Origin: Eledone cirrhosa
Taxonomy: Eukaryota
Reading direction: 5' to 3'
Length of the DNA: 64,000 nt
Assembly: GCA_964016885.1 (NCBI GenBank)
Contig: OZ024740.1
Location: 46,004,001 to 46,068,000, forward strand
The number at the start of each line of letters is the position of its first letter. Within the stretch, counting starts at the first letter, position 1. A program made the position numbers and the translations under genes. Below are positions 26,704-39,298 of the stretch, piece by piece. The notes beneath the pieces are model-generated. The model was not told the origin of the DNA. It ran no database searches and worked only from the letters and a program-made list of their open reading frames with translations.

Positions 26704-28885
26704 GGCCCAGGTGGTGTGCAGGGGTATTGGATTAAAAATATAACATCCCTCCACCCGAAACTGACAACCATGTTCAATGACTGCTTGATGTCAGGTGAGG
26801 TACCAGAGTGGTTGACAAAATGTACCACAGTTCTGGTAATGAAAGACCGAATCAAGGGTAATGATGTTACCAACTATAGACCTATCACATGTCTGTCCGT
26901 AATGTGGAAACTGTTAACAAGCATTATGTCTGAGGAAATCTACCATCACCTCCATATAAACAACTTGTTACCGGACGAACAGAAAGGATGCCGAAAGAAG
27001 TCCCGTGGTACAAAGGACCAGTTACTTATTGATAAGATGGTAATGAGGAATTGCAAGAGGAGACACACTGGTCTTGCCATGGGATGGATAGACTACAAAA
27101 AGGCATTCGACATGGTACCTCATTCTTGGATAACCAAAAGCCTAGAGATCTTCAAGGTGGCAGATAACATCAGACAGTTGTTGAGCAAATGTATGAAGTC
27201 CTGAAAAACAGAGTTAACATCGGATGGAGATCCTTGGGAGACGTGAAGATCAAGAGAGGTATCTTCCAGGGAGATAGTTTGTCCCCTCTGTTGTTTGTCC
27301 TTGCCCTGATACTCCTGACCATTATACTGCGAAAAGTGAGAGCAGGATACAAGTTGGGAAAAGGAGAGCTTACCATCAATCACCTCCTCTTCATGGACAA
27401 TTTTAAGCTCTTCGGGAAGAGTGAGATGGAGTTGGATGTGCTTGTTGACACTGTCCGTATTTTCAGCAATGATATATGTATGCAATTTGGTATTAGTAAG
27501 TGTGGCGTCCTAGTGATGAAGAGGGGTAAATTGAGCAGAAGCAACGGAATCTAGGTACCAACAGGTGAGATGATAAAGGAAATTGACACTGAAGAAGGAT
27601 ACAAATATTTAGGTGTTCTGGAGGCAGCTGACATCAAGAACAAAAAAATGAAGGAATTGATAAAATCTGAGTACACTCGGAGAGTAAGGAGCGTATTAAA
27701 ATCACATCAGAACAGTAGGAATGCCATAAGTGCAGTAAATTCCCGAGCTGTGTCTATTATTAGGTACAGTGCGGGAATTCTGAAATGGAATGTTGCTGAA
27801 CAAAAAGAAATGGATAGGAAGACTAGGAAGCTATTGACTATCTACAACATGTTCCACAAGAGGAGTGATGTCGATAGACTCTACTTAAGGAGATCTGAAG
27901 GTGGAAGAGGTCTTATCAGAATAGAGGACTGTGTTCAAATGGTGAAAAACAAGCTGCACAAATACGTGACTGACAACAGGGAGCCAATGCTCAGAATTGT
28001 AATGAAGGCGAGGACAATAGACCAGGGGATGTCCAAGGAGGAAATAACAACAAAGAGGAAGAGCAACCTTCATGAAAAATCCCTTCATAGTACCTTCTTT
28101 GAGAAAACTGAATTTAGAGATCCACAGACATGGAACTGGTTGAAAAGAGGAGACCTTAAAAAGGCTACAGAAGAAATGCTAATGTCTGCGCAAGAGCAGG
28201 TCCTCAAAACGAAGTGGGTGAAACACCATATTTACAAGGAGGAGGCTAGCCTACTGTGTAGGATCTGTGGAGAGAGTGAGGAGATTGTGGCTCACATTGT
28301 ATCCGAGTGTAAACACCTAGCTCAGACTCACTATAAAGGCTGGAGACATGATGTGATCCACTGGCACCTATGCAAAGTAAACAATTTACCACATTCTGAG
28401 AAGTGGTATGAGCATAAGCCAGAGTCGGTGATAGAAAACGATCAGGTGAAGGTGCTGTGGGATTTTAGGATACAGACGGACAAGAAACTGGGACACAATA
28501 GGCCTGACCTGGTGGTTTTGGACAAGGAAAAAAGATTGTGCCTGATTGTGGATGTAGCCTGCCCATTTGTCACGAGAGTGCAAGAGAAGGAGAGAGAGAA
28601 AATTAAGCGATGCCAGGACTTAAAGTGGGAGGTAAAAAGGATTTGGAACTGCCATGAGGCCAAAGTGGTCCCGATTGTCATAGGTGCACTAGGTACTATC
28701 TCAAAGAGTTTCCAAAGATGGTTAAAGAAGATTAGTCCAGCCCCTCTTTTTGGAACACTTCAAAAGGCATGCTTGCTGGTAACAGCAAAAACCCTCCGAT
28801 ACGTCCTGAATATCTGAGGCTGCAGGTAGTGGCTTGATATTCATTTTAACAAACTTTCCAGTTAACTAACATCAAAGAACAATAA
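26704..28885 (+). mobile_element. R4/Dong-like non-LTR retrotransposon (RT-CCHC-RLE), 5'-truncated, decayed
   Basis: ORF pieces 26716-27204, 27189-27554 and 27570-28817. NYRPITCL, DYKKAFD, QGDSLSP, FMDN (degenerate YMDD), CRICG..H...C, RHD, WDF..QTD...NRPDLV...IVDVACP (PD-D endonuclease). Preceded by (AAT)n and ends aataat. Confidence 0.9.
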
Positions 28886-28888
28886 TAG

Positions 28889-29616
28889 TCATCATCATCA
28901 TCATGGATGTTGTTTGCTATCAAAGTCTGGTGATGGTGGGGATGGTGGAATTGGTAACGATGACCATTAGGAAGGAGCTCTTGATTATGTCGGTGATGAT
29001 GATGATGAGGATAATGAGGATGATGTGGAGGATGAGGAGGATGAGGAGGTGGTCGACCTTTTTATTATTAGGGTTATATAGTGACGTAGTAAGATGGTGA
29101 TGATGATGATGATGATGATGATGGTGATGGTGGTGGTGATGATGATGGTGGTGGTGATGGTGTTGGTGATGATGATGATGGCGGTGGTGGTGATGGTGAT
29201 GATGATATTGATGCTGATGACGATGATGATGGTGATAATGGTGATGATAATGACCATGACAACGATGACGATAAGGATCATAATGATGATGATGATAATG
29301 ATGATGATGACGATGGTGATGATTGTGATGATGATATTGATGCTGATGTGGGAAGTTTTGTTATCAGAGTTATATAGTGGCGATGGAGGAGATGATATTT
29401 GATGAAAATAACGACAACGACGACGGCGATAATAACGATGATGTTGATGATGACGATGATGGTGATGATGACGATGATGATGATGACGATGATGGTGATG
29501 ATGGCGATGATGATGACGATTATGGTGATGATGATGATGATGATGATGACCATGACGATGGTGAATATGAAGACGATGATGTTGATAATGACGATGACAA
29601 TGATGACGATGATGAC

Positions 29617-29659
<43 letters not shown>

Positions 29660-29670
29660 TTGATGATAAT
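28889..29670. repeat. Degenerate (GAT/GGT/GAC)n trinucleotide microsatellite
   Basis: Read directly; it produces spurious poly-M/D/I ORFs. Confidence 0.9.
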
Positions 29671-29953
29671 TATCTTGTGCTAAAACCAGGCATTATGACC
29701 ATCGACTTGAAATGAAGACCCCCCACCCCCACCCCCCAAAAAACAACGACAAACAGCAAAATAACAAATATGTTCAATTGTTCTTATTCAAAATACCAAA
29801 GCACACATTCCGTTCTTAGAACGATTTTTTAAGTCATTTACATACGTAAATTAGGCCACAATAAACAAGCAATCTTAATGAAAATAACAGACGATCATCT
29901 CATGTCATTTTGGTATGTCGATTAGAGAGCTCAGAGTGATTACTTGATATTAC

Positions 29954-30028
<75 letters not shown>

Positions 30029-30172
30029 TCTCTCTTACTTACTCTTTATATCTATCTAGAGATTAATGAACTAATATGTTTAGTGTATTTCTATTTTTCT
30101 ATTTCTAAATACATTAGGTAATGAGGACAAAAGTTAAGTTGTAAGCCAGATTGTGCATCACTTTTCGTCAGG

Positions 30173-30255
30173 TATATAATGTGTTGCTGGTTTATACAAA
30201 TCGAGTTTATCGTTGAAAGCCGACCATTCAGCAAGCCCTGCCACTTTTCCTGAAG
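30173..30255 (+). promoter_or_regulatory. Candidate TATA box and non-coding first exon of reflectin
   Basis: TATATAA at 30173, then unique sequence ending in the donor-like AAG|GTAAAC at 30255/30256. It would pair with the acceptor ttttatacttttcAG at 33654, 18 nt upstream of the ATG. This is inference only. Confidence 0.4.
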
Positions 30256-31024
30256 GTAAACATTTCTGAATATTTTTTAAAGATTTTTAACATTACGTCC
30301 ATACTGTAAGTTCTTTAACTTTTCGCAACAACAATTTCTTAGAAGAATCTCACTGGAGTCTCATATTCGGAGAACATTTATATAACATTTATAGAGAGAT
30401 GAATATAAGGTAGTAAATGAATCTCAGTCAGTTTTGACAATAGCTACTCTGGAGAGAGAAGGGCTACACCAGATTCATAATTCCCACCAAACACAACTCT
30501 TATCAAAAAGTAAATCTCCTTTAAGTTAATGTTAGTTGTACAATCAACTGAACTGCTTACTTATTTGATAATAATGTAAGTCACCAAGTATTGTAGGTAT
30601 TGCACAGACAAGTGTACCCTTAACGTGATTTTCAGCCAGAATTAGGTCTCAAAGCTGGTCCTTTAAATTGCGGGTGCAGTCAATCCGACGAACCGCCACA
30701 GTTTTCGTCCGCCAAAATCTCTTCACAGGACTTCGGTCAACCCAAGCTATCATAGTGGAGTCGGTACTTAATATTGCGAAACCAGCTTCTATATACATAC
30801 ATACTTACATTACTTATGCGTACGCACACACAAATACCCCCACACACACACACGCACATACACACACGCACACATATACACACACACACACTTCAGTTTT
30901 GTATGACTTCTTAACACATTGTTTAGCTCTGGTTTTTAACTATTGAGCACTTTGCCAGTATCATTTCTGAATTTTGCGTTTCGCTTCGCTTTTCCTGCCC
31001 GCCGAAATGCGATTCTCGCTGAAT

Positions 31025-31074
<50 letters not shown>

Positions 31075-31075
31075 G

Positions 31076-31107
<32 letters not shown>

Positions 31108-31174
31108 CAAGTATATATATATATACACACGTATATATATATATATACACAAGTATATATATATATATACACAC

Positions 31175-31240
<66 letters not shown>

Positions 31241-31290
31241 GTATATATATATAAATATATATATATATACACGTATATATATATATACAC

Positions 31291-31331
<41 letters not shown>

Positions 31332-31389
31332 AGTATATATATATATATATATATATATACACGTATATATATATATATATATATATACG

Positions 31390-31435
<46 letters not shown>

Positions 31436-31558
31436 ATCTTGAAGATGACACTGGGTCGGAAGCAGGGGAAATTTAGATGGCAATGCTAAACAAGGTGAGC
31501 TGGGGAGGAAGTCCGTCATGGCATCGGTAACTGATGTACAGAAGATATATATGTATAT

Positions 31559-31666
<108 letters not shown>

Positions 31667-31767
31667 CGACCGGCTAAAGTGGAAGATGCTAGATGGTCGG
31701 TCGTCCTCGGGTCTATGATTTTCAGCCCCATGGATTTTATCTGTTACATTCATTTATTATATTTAGA

Positions 31768-31825
31768 ATACCTGATGATATCACCGGATTCATGCGGAAC
31801 CTGGTCATTGAAAGGGTCATAGTAT
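31768..31825 (+). ncRNA. Degenerate type I hammerhead-like motif (same family as 50671)
   Basis: atac CTGATGA ...accgg...cctggt... GAAA gggtca TA gtat; stem III imperfect. Confidence 0.4.
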
Positions 31826-32017
31826 AATAAACCTTTCAAGGATTTACACAAGTCCAACCTCCTGTTATTTTATTATAATATTTAACTCTGTACTCGCACC
31901 ACCAACTACACAAACGACGACGGTTGAGCTGCTTTACGTTGAGTACTCTCCATATTATTACATCAAGATTGACCATACGGAATTGACCAGCTCTATCCAG
32001 TGGGGAACCTTCAAACC

Positions 32018-32103
<86 letters not shown>

Positions 32104-32222
32104 ATACAGTGTGTGACAAGGCTGATCCTTTGAATTACAGGTACAGTCCATCCGACGGGCTTCCAAACAGTTTCTGTCTACCCAATTCCACTCACCTTGA
32201 ACTGGAAATTCATACTATCTCT

Positions 32223-32285
<63 letters not shown>

Positions 32286-32378
32286 TTCTCACTGACACTC
32301 TTTTTATGTATCTCTCTATTTCTATCTCTCTCTTTGACTCTTTCTATATATATTTCTGTATCTCTCTGATTCACCCCC

Positions 32379-32450
<72 letters not shown>

Positions 32451-32836
32451 GAATTTTTGTCTCTCTCTCGCTCTTTCTGTTTCTCTTTCTGTATATCTCT
32501 GTTTCTATCTCTCTATTTCTCTCTGTCTCTGTTGCTCCTTCTCTCTTTCTGTAGCTCTTCGTTTCTCTTTCTATTCCTGTCTTTCTCTCTTTATCGTTTC
32601 TTTCTCATGCACCACCACGTTTCCTCTTTCTATACAGCGACTATAACAAAGTTAATCCGTCGCCCAGTTTAACACCAATACCTGGTTCGTGGGTGCCTTT
32701 AGCTGAGTCCACTCTGTTGCAAGCATTGGAACCAGGTTTCCTGTTTTAGGATACTTCCCTCCCTCCCGCACACCATACTGGAAACTGTCGTTCTTTCACT
32801 GACTAAACTCTAAAAACAAAAAGTGGAATAAATATA

Positions 32837-33017
32837 CCGTATTCTTCCGTGTATTGCACGCATTTGTGTATAACACGCACCCCTTTTTGTACCAGAAAAA
32901 TGTCTTGAAAAGCCTAGTTTTGATGTATAACGTTTAGTTCTGGTGTATACAGTGCACCCCCCATACAAAACAAGGAAAATGTGGAAAAAACTGCGCGGTA
33001 TACACGGAAGAATACGG
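32837..33017. mobile_element. Tc1/mariner-pogo-type MITE
   Basis: 18-bp TIR ccgtattcttccgtgtat / atacacggaagaatacgg, flanked by TA on both sides. Confidence 0.85.
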
Positions 33018-33039
33018 TATCAAAATCTCTTCTAAAATA

Positions 33040-33172
33040 CGCTGAAACACGAGATCAACTTTGTCTTTCATTTTTCCAAAATCGATAAAATAATGTTCTA
33101 GTCAAGTACTGGAATCGATTTAATCGCCCCTCCTAAATTTCTGGCCTTGTGCCTAAATCAGAAACCATTATA
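33040..33172 (+). mobile_element. Old SINE family 1 fragment
   Basis: caactttgtctttcat...tcgataaaata...ctggccttgtgcctaaatcagaaac. Confidence 0.6.
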
Positions 33173-33672
33173 AACCTTACATTTATATTGTAAGATTTTG
33201 TCAATTTATTAAATAAAACGATGTGGTTTCCTTATATGTAGTTTTCAAACTCGAATAATTTTCCTGAAAAATCGCCCCACATCGTCTTAGTCGGTCTTGA
33301 TCTGATTCAGTCCTGACTCTGATTCTAATTACAAACAGTGTGTAATGATTATTCAGGCACACAATCTAGTGAGATGTGATATTTCATCTCTGATGTGTAA
33401 TTATTTCAGCGTGAGAGATCTTATCCTCCTTTTTCGACATATGTAGTTCTATACATGACTTCTTCGCCAAGAAGAACAAACACTTTCATATCTTTTACAC
33501 TTGACTATCATAATTTATTTTATATAATAAATCACTTAAAATCACACGAAATCACACGCATGCGAAAATGATTAGCAACCTCATGACACATTCATAATAT
33601 GGTAATATATATAAATATATGTAATTAATTATAACTATGTTTTATACTTTTCAGTAAGACAATTTCTCAAAA

Positions 33673-35199
33673 ATGTCAGCAATGAATCGTTCAAGAAATA
33701 TGTTTCGTAATAACAATAGAAAACACAGAGGAATCATGGAACCAATGACAAGAATGACAATGGATTTCCAAGGAAGATACATGGATTCTGCTGGAAGACT
33801 TGTAGATCCCAGATGTAATGAATACTACGGTAGATACTCCAACAATGGTAGATATCATGGCAGTAGGTCGATGCATAACAATCCTGGTTTTTATGACAAC
33901 GATAAGTTCCAAAAAGATGGTCGCTTTATGAATTTCCCCGAAAAAAATATGGATATGTCTGGATACCAGATGGATATGCGTGGTCGTTATATGGACAAAT
34001 ATGGCCGTCACTGCAATCCCTATAGTAGACGTCATATGAATTATCCAAGCAACAACTATGAACAACACCAAATGTATAATCCCGAGAAATTGATGGACAT
34101 GTCCAACTATCAAATGGATATGCAAGGACGCTGGATAGATTCAGCTGGTCGTTATTCTAGCCCTTTCAACCACTACAGTGGTAGATGCCATCAAAATTAC
34201 CCACATTTTAACTATAGCTGGGGACAAAGAAACTCCAACTACCCAGACAAGTACTTTGATATGAGCAACTATCAAATGGATTTTGATGGAAAATGGATGG
34301 ACACCTATGGCCACCATTGTCAGCCTTTCTATGATCAAAACAATTATTATGGAAGACAACATTACAACTACAACGCATACCCTCATTACAACTATAACTG
34401 GGGTCAAAGATATTACAACAACCCAGAGAGGTATTTTGATATGAGCAACTATCAGATGGATTTTGATGGTCGTTGGATGGATATGTACGGCCGCAACCAC
34501 TCCCCTTTTGGTGGTTACAACAACTACCAAGGAAGACACTACAATAACTATCCTAGCAGTTTCAGTTACGGTCAAAGATACTACAACAACCAAGATAAGA
34601 ACTTCGATATGGGTAACTATCAAATGGATTTTGATGGTCGCTGGATGGATATGTATGGTCGTTATTCTCACCCCTCCAATGGTCAAAATAACCAGCAGGG
34701 CAAATATCATCAAAGCTTGCCTCATAATTTCAGTTGGGGTCAAAGATATTTCAACTACCCAGAGAGGCACTTTGATATGGGCAACTACCAGATGGATTTT
34801 GATGGTCGCTGGATGGATATGTACGGTCGTTATTCTCATCCTTTCAATTACCAAAACCAACAGGGTAGACATCAACAAAACTTCCCTCATAATTTCAGCT
34901 GGGGTCAAAGATATTTCAACTACCCAGAGAGGCACTTTGATATGGGCAACTACCAGATGGATTTTGATGGTCATTGGATGGACTCGGATGAACGCCAGTG
35001 CCAACCTTTCGGTGGTAACTACAACCAGTCAAATAGATATTCCCAAAGTTTCAACCAATTTCCAAGCCACAGCTTCAACTGGGGTCAAAGACACCATGAA
35101 TACCCTGAGAGAAATTTTGATATGTCCGGGTATCAGATGGACTTTGATGGTCGCTGGATGGATATGAATAGCTGTAACATGCAGCAGGAAATACAATAG
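33673..35199 (+). CDS. Reflectin (cephalopod structural-colour protein), 508 aa, single coding exon
   Basis: N-terminal reflectin motif MEPMTRMTMDFQGRYMDSAGRLVDP plus 8 copies of [M/F]D(X)5MD(X)5MD (e.g. PERYFDMSNYQMDFDGRWMD; copy 2 ends ID). Rich in Y/M/R/W/N. Uninterrupted ORF with an upstream splice acceptor at 33654. Confidence 0.97.
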   Translation: MSAMNRSRNMFRNNNRKHRGIMEPMTRMTMDFQGRYMDSAGRLVDPRCNEYYGRYSNNGRYHGSRSMHNNPGFYDNDKFQKDGRFMNFPEKNMDMSGYQMDMRGRYMDKYGRHCNPYSRRHMNYPSNNYEQHQMYNPEKLMDMSNYQMDMQGRWIDSAGRYSSPFNHYSGRCHQNYPHFNYSWGQRNSNYPDKYFDMSNYQMDFDGKWMDTYGHHCQPFYDQNNYYGRQHYNYNAYPHYNYNWGQRYYNNPERYFDMSNYQMDFDGRWMDMYGRNHSPFGGYNNYQGRHYNNYPSSFSYGQRYYNNQDKNFDMGNYQMDFDGRWMDMYGRYSHPSNGQNNQQGKYHQSLPHNFSWGQRYFNYPERHFDMGNYQMDFDGRWMDMYGRYSHPFNYQNQQGRHQQNFPHNFSWGQRYFNYPERHFDMGNYQMDFDGHWMDSDERQCQPFGGNYNQSNRYSQSFNQFPSHSFNWGQRHHEYPERNFDMSGYQMDFDGRWMDMNSCNMQQEIQ

Positions 35200-35305
35200 A
35201 AATAAATATTTATTTGTTATATGAAAATGTAAGATGAAACGTAATTATTATATACTTCTTCTTCAGCACTTCAACAAATATTAGCCGTCTATATATTGTA
35301 ATTGA

Positions 35306-35360
35306 AATAAATAAATCTGCTCCTTGAATATTTGTCGTCATTGTTTTTACTGTTCTATTG
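35306..35360 (+). terminator. Candidate polyadenylation signal of reflectin
   Basis: AATAAA at 35306/35310 followed by a GT/T-rich tract; another AATAAA at 35201. Confidence 0.55.
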
Positions 35361-35397
35361 TTCTTTCTTTCTTTAATTTTCATTGTGGCGTTTTAGA

Positions 35398-35622
35398 AGG
35401 TGGTGGACTGGTAGTGTCGGTAGAGTGTCGGATAAATACTTAGCAATATTTGTTCAGCTATTTACGTTCTGAGTTCAAATCCCGCCGAAATCAATTTTGC
35501 CTTCCGAGGTCGATGAAATAAAATGCCAATCAAGTACGCGGGTCGATATGATCAACTTCCTAATCCACCCGCTCCACCAAAAAAAAAAGAAGAAATTCTG
35601 GCCATGTGCCTATGCTAGAAAG
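35398..35622 (+). mobile_element. tRNA-derived SINE family 1, diverged copy
   Basis: A-box-like tggtagtgtcgg, B-box gagttcaaatccc, 3' ctggccatgtgcctatgctagaa. Confidence 0.7.
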
Positions 35623-35862
35623 CTTTGGATATATTAGTCAAAATTGACAAAATTCTCGATTTTACATTCACCTTAGTTAACAAAAAGAAAAAAAAATGAA
35701 AAAGAAATAATAAACAAATAAGGGGGAGAGGGAGCAATTGGTTGGGAAGGGGTAAGGTCAACATTCTTTACTGGACAGTATAACTCAGCTGCACCATGTG
35801 GACAAGACAGCAAACATATTACCTGAGAGAACAGCTAGCGAGACCTACTGCACCAACCATTC

Positions 35863-35929
<67 letters not shown>

Positions 35930-36046
35930 ATAAAGAATTCATATCTAGTAACATATATATACATACAGATGCATATCAATGCTAGCAAATATATAGGTTT
36001 TGTCTTAATAACAGTGTGGTTCAATGCATGGGGTTGCAGAACAATA

Positions 36047-36491
36047 ATATAAGAGACGTAAAATAAGAAAATTATAAAATTAACTTACTTACTAAAATAT
36101 CACTTCCAACTAATTAGTTTCTGGAATGGAGTAAATATATTTTCCGAAGAATAATATAGAGAAGCATTCCGTCGTCAGGAAAGTCTATTCTACCTCGATG
36201 TCACGTGTTCGATTCTTTTTGAATTTGCCACAGACGTAGAGGCAGTGATTTTCTCAATGGCTTGGAACTCAGTCCACGCTTTGCTATTTCCTATCCACTG
36301 AATTATTTTTTAATAAGTTTCCAGTGTCCTCGCTTTGCCTGGAAACTTACATGAGAATAGACTTTCCTGACGACGGAATGCTTCTCGATATTATTCTTCG
36401 GAAAATATATTTACTCCATTCCAGTAACTAATTAGTTGGAAGTGATATTTTAGTAAGTAAGTTAATTTTATAATTTTCTTATTTTACGTCT

Positions 36492-36498
<7 letters not shown>
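36047..36498. mobile_element. Penelope-like pLTR remnant with ~145-bp inverted arms, each carrying a hammerhead
   Basis: 36047-36190 is the reverse complement of 36355-36498; lies between (TA)n tracts. Confidence 0.7.
36102..36184 (-). ncRNA. Type I hammerhead ribozyme (CUGACGA / GAAA; palindromic stem III ACUAAUUAGU; GUU site)
   Basis: Minus strand: actttc CTGACGA cggaatg...cattcca GAAA ctaattag TT ggaagt. The plus-strand copy at 36361-36443 has GAAA>GTAA. Confidence 0.7.
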
Positions 36499-36537
<39 letters not shown>

Positions 36538-36538
<1 letters not shown>

Positions 36539-37536
36539 TAGCATTAAAGCCCGGCGTTGCTCGGGGTCATTAAGTTACCAAAGTTAGGTTGCACAACCCA
36601 TTTTATGGCAGCACTTTTTTGTCTGCCAAGCACTGGGTGAATGAATTACAGACCTGGAAGCATGAGCTGCGCCAGCAGTGACAATTGTAGTTTCGCCTAT
36701 GGATATTATCTCTGTGCAAAAAAGCGTTGAAATTTATTGTTTCACAGTACTTGCGCAACACGCGCATAGACGATGCCAGCCGAGCAACAGAGCTGCGATG
36801 GAGTTGTTCTGCATGGTTGTCTGTGTGTTTTCTAAATTTAAGACAGTAGGGAGGGTTGTGATATGAGGGAGAGTGAGCTGTTGTTTCTAGCAGGGTTAGT
36901 AACCTCATAGAGGATATGTGTTTTCTAAATTTAAGACAGTAGGGAGTGGTGTGATATGGGGGAGAGTTAGCTGCTGTTTCTAGCAGGTTTAGTGACCTCA
37001 TAGAAGATATGTTTTCTAAATTTAAGACAGTAGGGAGGGGTGTGATATGGGGGAAAGTTAGCTGCTGTTTCTAGCAGGTTTAGTAACCTCATAGAGGATA
37101 TGTGTTTTCTAAATTTAAGACAGTAGGGAGTGGTGTGGGGAAGGGTGTGATATGGGGGAGAGTTAGCTGCTGTTTCTAGCAGGTTTAGTAACCTCATAGA
37201 GGATGTGTGTTTTCTAAATTTAAGACAGTAGGGAGTGGTGTGAACGGACAGTATCACCATCAAGTTTGGAAAGAGAAAGTAGCAGAAAGTATGAAGTTGT
37301 ATAGATTTTGAATGGTAGTGGAAAGAGTTTAGCAGTTTAAATGACAGAGGAAAATCGTAAAATATTGAGTTTTATCTATTTTTTGCGTAATTGTGGGTGA
37401 AATTGAAAAAGTTATCTGCGTCAAGACGCAATCGAAACTATTTCGAATACTGAATTGTAAATTTCAATTGAAGAAATTCTATATCGTAGATTTCTATAAC
37501 GAAGGAGCTTGACCACACACTGAGCTTTATAGATTA

Positions 37537-37539
<3 letters not shown>
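36538..37539 (-). mobile_element. Non-autonomous Helitron with an internal ~93-bp minisatellite (36820-37245)
   Basis: Minus strand begins TC and ends with hairpin cccgagcaacgccggg + CTAG; inserted between A and T in (TA)n. Confidence 0.75.
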
Positions 37540-37596
<57 letters not shown>

Positions 37597-37660
37597 ATGT
37601 ATATACGTGGGAAAGTAAAATATCGGAGAATAGACCGTTAAAACATGTTTATTTAAAACA

Positions 37661-37700
37661 GCACCTACGTACGTTTCGCCCAGTTGGGCTTCTCAAGGGC
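37661..37700 (-). ncRNA. Minimal type I hammerhead, U3:A8 variant (UUGAGAA)
   Basis: Minus strand: gccc TTGAGAA gccc aact gggc GAAA cgtacg TA ggtgc. Palindromic stem III acgtacgt; distal stem I ttattta/taaataa. Confidence 0.7.
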
Positions 37701-38084
37701 ATAAATAATCACAAGTGTTCCTTATATTGCTCGGAAAGAGTTTTGGGGGTTAAATCCACATCAAGTCTCATTGCTCGCAAAAATATCTTGTTTTGATTTT
37801 GCAGCAGGTCAAGGGAGGTATTTCTGGCCGGTGTTAGGGCAGTCTTTCCCGGTCAATTTTTTTTTTTTTTTTTGCCGCATCTGTTTGTCTGAGGCTGGGT
37901 CTGGTATGCAAGGATAGTTTCCTGGGTGTTATTTTGCAACGCCTGCCCGCCGGGGTGTTAAGAATATTTAATATTGCCGGCACTAGTATCGAGCACCTAT
38001 GGCATACGCTACTTGGCAAATAACTATATGTATCACCTATCCTCCCCTTTTTCTCTCTTTCTCGATACGTAAATACTGTATATG

Positions 38085-38153
<69 letters not shown>

Positions 38154-38202
38154 GTATATATATATATATATATACATATATATATTTATATATATGTATA
38201 TA

Positions 38203-38283
<81 letters not shown>

Positions 38284-38300
38284 TTATGTATATATATATG

Positions 38301-38351
<51 letters not shown>

Positions 38352-38368
38352 TTATGTATATATATATG

Positions 38369-38634
<266 letters not shown>

Positions 38635-38760
38635 TATATATATATATGTTTGAATATGTATAATAAAGCCAAAACAATGCAGGTATAGACATAGAAAAAA
38701 GAATGCAATTGCAAAAGATATTGTTGACAAATCGTCTTTTAACTTAGATTTATTTAAATG

Positions 38761-38798
38761 TCCTTAATTTTCGAGATAATATCTCTTCTTCAGAGGGA
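38761..38798 (-). ncRNA. Ultra-minimal type I hammerhead-like motif (CUGAAGA; stem III reduced to AAUU)
   Basis: Minus strand: cct CTGAAGA a gagat att atctc GAAA at TA agg; distal stem I tttattt/aaataaa. Confidence 0.55.
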
Positions 38799-38883
38799 AA
38801 TAAAGGTCTCAAACCACCCTTCTAAATATCTTGCCAAGCCATGATATATATATATATATATATGATATATACATATATATATG

Positions 38884-38917
<34 letters not shown>

Positions 38918-39032
38918 TATATATATGTATATGTATATATATGTTCATATATATGTATATATATATATATATGTATATGTATATATATGTTCATATATAT
39001 GTATATATATGTATATATATGTATATATATAC

Positions 39033-39132
<100 letters not shown>

Positions 39133-39253
39133 TATATAGTGTATTTTGCAATACACTGTATGCTTAATTAAAAGCATTTCGAAGACCTTATGCTTTTGTT
39201 TTAGAGTAGTGACAGACTCACTTACTTTAATTTTCAGCAAACAGGGGAGATAA

Positions 39254-39298
39254 AGCTGACAGGGCCCTGTTTCACATTTATTGATGCTTATCAAAGCC
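39254..39298 (-). ncRNA. Type I hammerhead ribozyme, U3:A8 variant (array unit 1)
   Basis: Minus strand: ggct TTGATAA gcat caataa atgt GAAA cagggccctg TC agct. Stem III is the perfect palindrome ACAGGGCCCTGT. Stem I extends through ggag/ctcc and cagg/cctg. Confidence 0.8.

Noticed and set aside
14277-28817. Retroelement ORFs as active or host genes
   Set aside because: All copies carry stops, frameshifts, deletions or truncations.
28903-29715. Poly-Asp/Met/Ile ORFs resembling acidic biomineral proteins
   Set aside because: Translations of a (GAT)n microsatellite, open in several frames, with no signal peptide or gene structure.
33691-35167. Antisense and alternative-frame ORFs (144, 287 and 234 aa) over reflectin
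   Set aside because: Shadows of a repetitive, codon-biased CDS with no independent motifs.
33673-35199. Flanking transposons as evidence for the proposed bacterial-transposon origin of reflectin
   Set aside because: The nearby elements are ordinary eukaryotic TEs, and nothing bacterial is visible in the window.
39138-39185. Second ribozyme in the 320-bp unit (minus strand GAAA-tgctt...aagca-TA followed by a hairpin)
   Set aside because: No correctly placed CUGANGA-like strand was found; recorded only as conserved hairpins.
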